DNA of 17,398 bases from an uncultured archaeon. GTDB taxonomy: Archaea; Iainarchaeota; Iainarchaeia; Iainarchaeales; 0-14-0-20-30-16. The notes beneath the pieces are model-generated. The model ran no database searches. It saw nothing but the letters and a program-made list of their open reading frames with translations, and was not told the origin of the DNA. Positions 14,925-17,398 of this stretch are shown piece by piece. Location of the stretch: the NCBI GenBank assembly GCA_964565125.1, contig CAZMCX010000001.1, positions 2,157-19,554 of the forward strand, given 5' to 3'. Made by a program: the position numbers and the translations under genes. Numbering within the stretch: the stretch's first letter is position 1; each line of letters starts with the position of its first letter.

Positions 14925-15879
14925 AGACTTTTCAAATTTGGAAAAAACAGAAAATAAAATAAAATCTCTGGAAATACAAGGTGCTTCAAAAATAGAAAAA
15001 AGTGTTGAGGAAGCGATAATAAAAGATTTAACTAAAAATAAGTCTGGGGATCTAAAGGACTTGAAAAAGGGGCTAGTAAAAACTCTTGGCAAGATTTGGA
15101 TGTTAAGACCAACTGAGCCAGCTCTTAGGAGTTTTATTTATTACTTGTATGTTTTGATAATGCAAGATAGTTCAAAAGATTCTGAATCATTTGTAAAGAA
15201 GGTTATTAAGTTTACAAAAAGGGATCTGCAAGAATCAGAAAAAGGAAAAAAAATAATCGCAGAAAGTTTTGTGGATATGTTTGATAAAGAAGTTGTTGTG
15301 TTTACTCATTGTCATTCGCATACTGTAGAATATTGTATTGAAAAGCTAGCAGATGTGGGGTTGCTTGATTATGTAATAAACACAGAAACCAGGCCAGCAT
15401 TCCAAGGTAGAATTACTGCAAAAAATCTTGTGGAAAAAGGGATAAAAGTAAAGCACGTAGTGGACTCCGGGGCTTATCAGATGATGGACAAAGCAGATGT
15501 TTTTATTAGTGGCTGTGATAGTATTTTGTCTAATGGGTCTATAATAAATAAGATTGGAACAACACAAATAAGTATGATTGCGGAGAAGTTCAATGTGCCG
15601 CATTATGTTTTGGCACATATGGATAAATTTGACCCGCTTTCGTTATATGGATCTGAACCAAATTTGGATAAAAGAAACCCAGCAGAAGTGTGGGATTATA
15701 AAAACAAAAATCTTGAAATAATAAATAATGCTTTTGATCTTGTGCCGTCTTATTTGATTCAACAAATAATCACTGATAAGGGAAATTTTGATCCTTATGG
15801 TATTGGAAATTATTATTTAAAGCAAGTTGATGTTCATAAATTTAAAGAAGTTTTTGATATGTTTTCTAAAGGGTGTTGA
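14917..15879 (+). CDS. ribose-1,5-bisphosphate isomerase (eIF-2B alpha/beta/delta-like family, archaeal AMP-salvage pathway)
   Basis: 320 aa. It aligns along its full length, from memory, with Thermococcus kodakarensis TK0185. Shared segments include IKSLEIQGASKI, RPTEPAL, FTHCHS (catalytic Cys region), NTETRPAFQGRITAKNL, GCDS (catalytic Asp region), NGSIINKIGT and NNAFDLVP. It lies immediately upstream of AMP phosphorylase. ATG 14917 overlaps the preceding gene's stop by 8 nt. Confidence 0.8.
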   Translation: MYKDFSNLEKTENKIKSLEIQGASKIEKSVEEAIIKDLTKNKSGDLKDLKKGLVKTLGKIWMLRPTEPALRSFIYYLYVLIMQDSSKDSESFVKKVIKFTKRDLQESEKGKKIIAESFVDMFDKEVVVFTHCHSHTVEYCIEKLADVGLLDYVINTETRPAFQGRITAKNLVEKGIKVKHVVDSGAYQMMDKADVFISGCDSILSNGSIINKIGTTQISMIAEKFNVPHYVLAHMDKFDPLSLYGSEPNLDKRNPAEVWDYKNKNLEIINNAFDLVPSYLIQQIITDKGNFDPYGIGNYYLKQVDVHKFKEVFDMFSKGC

Positions 15880-15880
15880 T

Positions 15881-17398
15881 ATGAAAAGTCATTATAGAAT
15901 GAAATTGAAAGTTAAACAAATAGAAATGGAAACTGGGACATATATTGTTGTAATGAATAAAGACGATGCAAAAGAGCTTGGGGTTATGCCTTTAGAACGT
16001 ATAGAACTATATAATGATGAGACTGAAGAAAGTATTGGAGTTGTTGTAAATGTTTCAACGAATTTTGTAAAAAAAGGAGAAATTGGGGTATACAAAGATG
16101 TATTTGGGGCAATAAAGCCTTCAAAAGAACTATATGTTGGCATTTCAAAACACCTAGATAGTGTTGTGTATATTAAGAAAAAATTGCAAAACCAAAAACT
16201 GACTTATGATGAAATAAAATGTATTGTGGAAGACATAAATAATAATTACCTGTCACAAATCGAAATTGCTTCTTTTATGACTGCAGTATACATAAATGGG
16301 TTTGACTTAGATGAATCCTATTCAATGGCAGACTCTATATTGAAAAGTGGAGATATAATTGATTTTAATAAGCCAGTTATTGTGGATAAACACTGTATCG
16401 GGGGAATAAATGGGCGGACAACAATGATTATAGTTCCAATTATTGCATCTGCTAATTTAGCTATGCCAAAAACATCTTCTAGAGCAATAACTTCTGCAGC
16501 GGGAACAGCAGACTCAATGGAAGTTCTTGCAAATGTAAACTTGTCTTTTGAAGATATGAAAAGAATCTTAGAAAAAACCAATGGGTTTATTGCATGGGGC
16601 GGGGCATTAGATATTGCACCTGTGGATGATAAAATAATAAAAATTGAGTATCCTTTATCTCTTGATCCTCATGGGCAGGTAATTGCATCTGTACTTGCGA
16701 AAAAAGCAAGTGTTGGGGCAAAGAAAGTTATAATTGATTTACCTGTGGGCCCAGAACTTAAGGTGAAAACTATAGAAGAGGCAAGGAAACTTGCAGAAGG
16801 ATTTGTAATTGTTGGAAAGAAATTGGGCATGGAAGTTAAGTCTTTAATTACTAATGGATCTATACCTTCTGGCCCCGCTTTTGGGTGTGCGCTAGAAGCT
16901 AAACAAGTTCTTGAAATTCTGGAGGGAAAAGTGCATGATAACTTGGCAGAGAAGGCTTGTGAACTTGCAGGAATTCTTTTAGAAATGGGCGGAAAGGCTA
17001 AAGAAGGCGAGGGGCTAAAGAAAGCTAAACAGATTTTGAATAGTGGTCAAGCATTGAAAAAAATGAAAGAAATAATTGCTGCTCAAGGGGGGATTTGTTC
17101 AAGTTCAGAAAAAGTGCCAATAAGTGATAAATTTATAGATGTGTATGCAGAGACGAGTGGTTATGTTTCTAATATGAGTATAAAAGGATTAAATCAAATT
17201 GCTAGATTTGCTGGGGCCCCAAGCGATAAACTTGCGGGGGTTCTTCTGCATGTAAAGCCGCATTCAGATCTGAACCGCGGGGATAAGCTTTACACAATTT
17301 ATGGCACTAATCTGGACAAGCTTCAATTTGCTTATGCTTATGCAAAGAAAATAAAACCAATACAGTTTGAAAACATAATATTGAGTAAGGTTGAATAA
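15881..17398 (+). CDS. deoA: AMP phosphorylase (archaeal thymidine-phosphorylase-family DeoA with N-terminal extension domain)
   Basis: 505 aa. It matches T. kodakarensis TK0353 strongly, from memory. Shared segments include MKLKVKQIEMETGTYIVVMNKDDAKE, IKKK, IGG..G, PKTSSRAITSAAGTAD, WGGAL..AP.DD, LSLDP, LAGILLEMGG, KMKEIIAAQGG and ARFAGAP.DK.AG. ATG 15881 lies 1 nt after the upstream TGA and is preceded by AAGGGTG. An alternative start is ATG 15899 (MKLKV). TAA at 17396-17398 shows the gene is complete. Confidence 0.9.
   Translation: MKSHYRMKLKVKQIEMETGTYIVVMNKDDAKELGVMPLERIELYNDETEESIGVVVNVSTNFVKKGEIGVYKDVFGAIKPSKELYVGISKHLDSVVYIKKKLQNQKLTYDEIKCIVEDINNNYLSQIEIASFMTAVYINGFDLDESYSMADSILKSGDIIDFNKPVIVDKHCIGGINGRTTMIIVPIIASANLAMPKTSSRAITSAAGTADSMEVLANVNLSFEDMKRILEKTNGFIAWGGALDIAPVDDKIIKIEYPLSLDPHGQVIASVLAKKASVGAKKVIIDLPVGPELKVKTIEEARKLAEGFVIVGKKLGMEVKSLITNGSIPSGPAFGCALEAKQVLEILEGKVHDNLAEKACELAGILLEMGGKAKEGEGLKKAKQILNSGQALKKMKEIIAAQGGICSSSEKVPISDKFIDVYAETSGYVSNMSIKGLNQIARFAGAPSDKLAGVLLHVKPHSDLNRGDKLYTIYGTNLDKLQFAYAYAKKIKPIQFENIILSKVE

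Noticed and set aside
15827-15880. N-terminal extension of the AMP phosphorylase ORF (MMFINLKKFLICFLKGVD)
   Set aside because: It overlaps the 3' end of the isomerase gene and has no counterpart in characterised AMP phosphorylases. ATG 15881 or 15899 aligns with the known N-terminus.
4689-16581. Other antisense or overlapping track ORFs (4689-4931, 6556-6819, 7849-8100, 9200-9424, 9890-10120, 12109-12315, 12442-12666, 14910-15092, 15346-15618, 15892-16143, 16318-16581)
   Set aside because: Each lies wholly inside a longer, better-supported gene on the opposite strand, or inside the divergent promoter spacer. All are short and low in complexity.
1-17398. tRNA, rRNA or C/D-box sRNA genes in the intergenic spacers
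   Set aside because: No spacer exceeds about 150 nt. None shows tRNA-like conserved arms, and none has a C box (RUGAUGA) paired with a D box (CUGA) at suitable spacing. The GTGATGAG at 5491-5498 is better explained as a Shine-Dalgarno motif.

Overview
Strongly AT-rich fragment that looks archaeal. It encodes an NMD3 homologue and the two archaeal AMP-salvage enzymes, and several genes have TTTATAAA-type TATA boxes about 20-25 nt upstream of their ATG. A small-genome, DPANN-like host is my inference, not something I can verify here. I support 12 protein genes, one disrupted toxin gene, no RNA genes and no CRISPR array.

Gene order, left to right:
- 2-370: 3' end of an unknown gene.
- 458-1552: Lys/Glu-rich coiled-coil protein.
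- 1620-2348: NMD3-family zinc-ribbon protein.
- 2371-4155: secreted or anchored protein with 10 Cys in its N-terminal half.
- 4249-5382: orphan helical protein.
- 5501-6025: type II toxin-antitoxin pair. The RelE/ParE-like toxin is broken by one in-frame TGA.
- 6168-6404, minus strand: small unknown gene.
- 6531-14924: an 8.4-kb divergently transcribed surface-protein locus of three genes, covering 48% of the window.
- 14917-17398: ribose-1,5-bisphosphate isomerase and AMP phosphorylase, complete at the window end.

Observations most worth a second look:
- The surface locus. It includes a 1632-aa protein with beta-helix, DUF2341-like and propeller-like regions.
- A perfect in-frame 369-bp tandem duplication inside the 835-aa surface gene.
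- The toxin gene, inactivated exactly at a conserved Gly codon.
- Two related intergenic hairpins.
- The orphan 377-aa protein.

I found no recognisable enzyme-based novel system such as a defence or biosynthetic cluster. The surface locus is the best candidate for undescribed biology, and only as a hypothesis.
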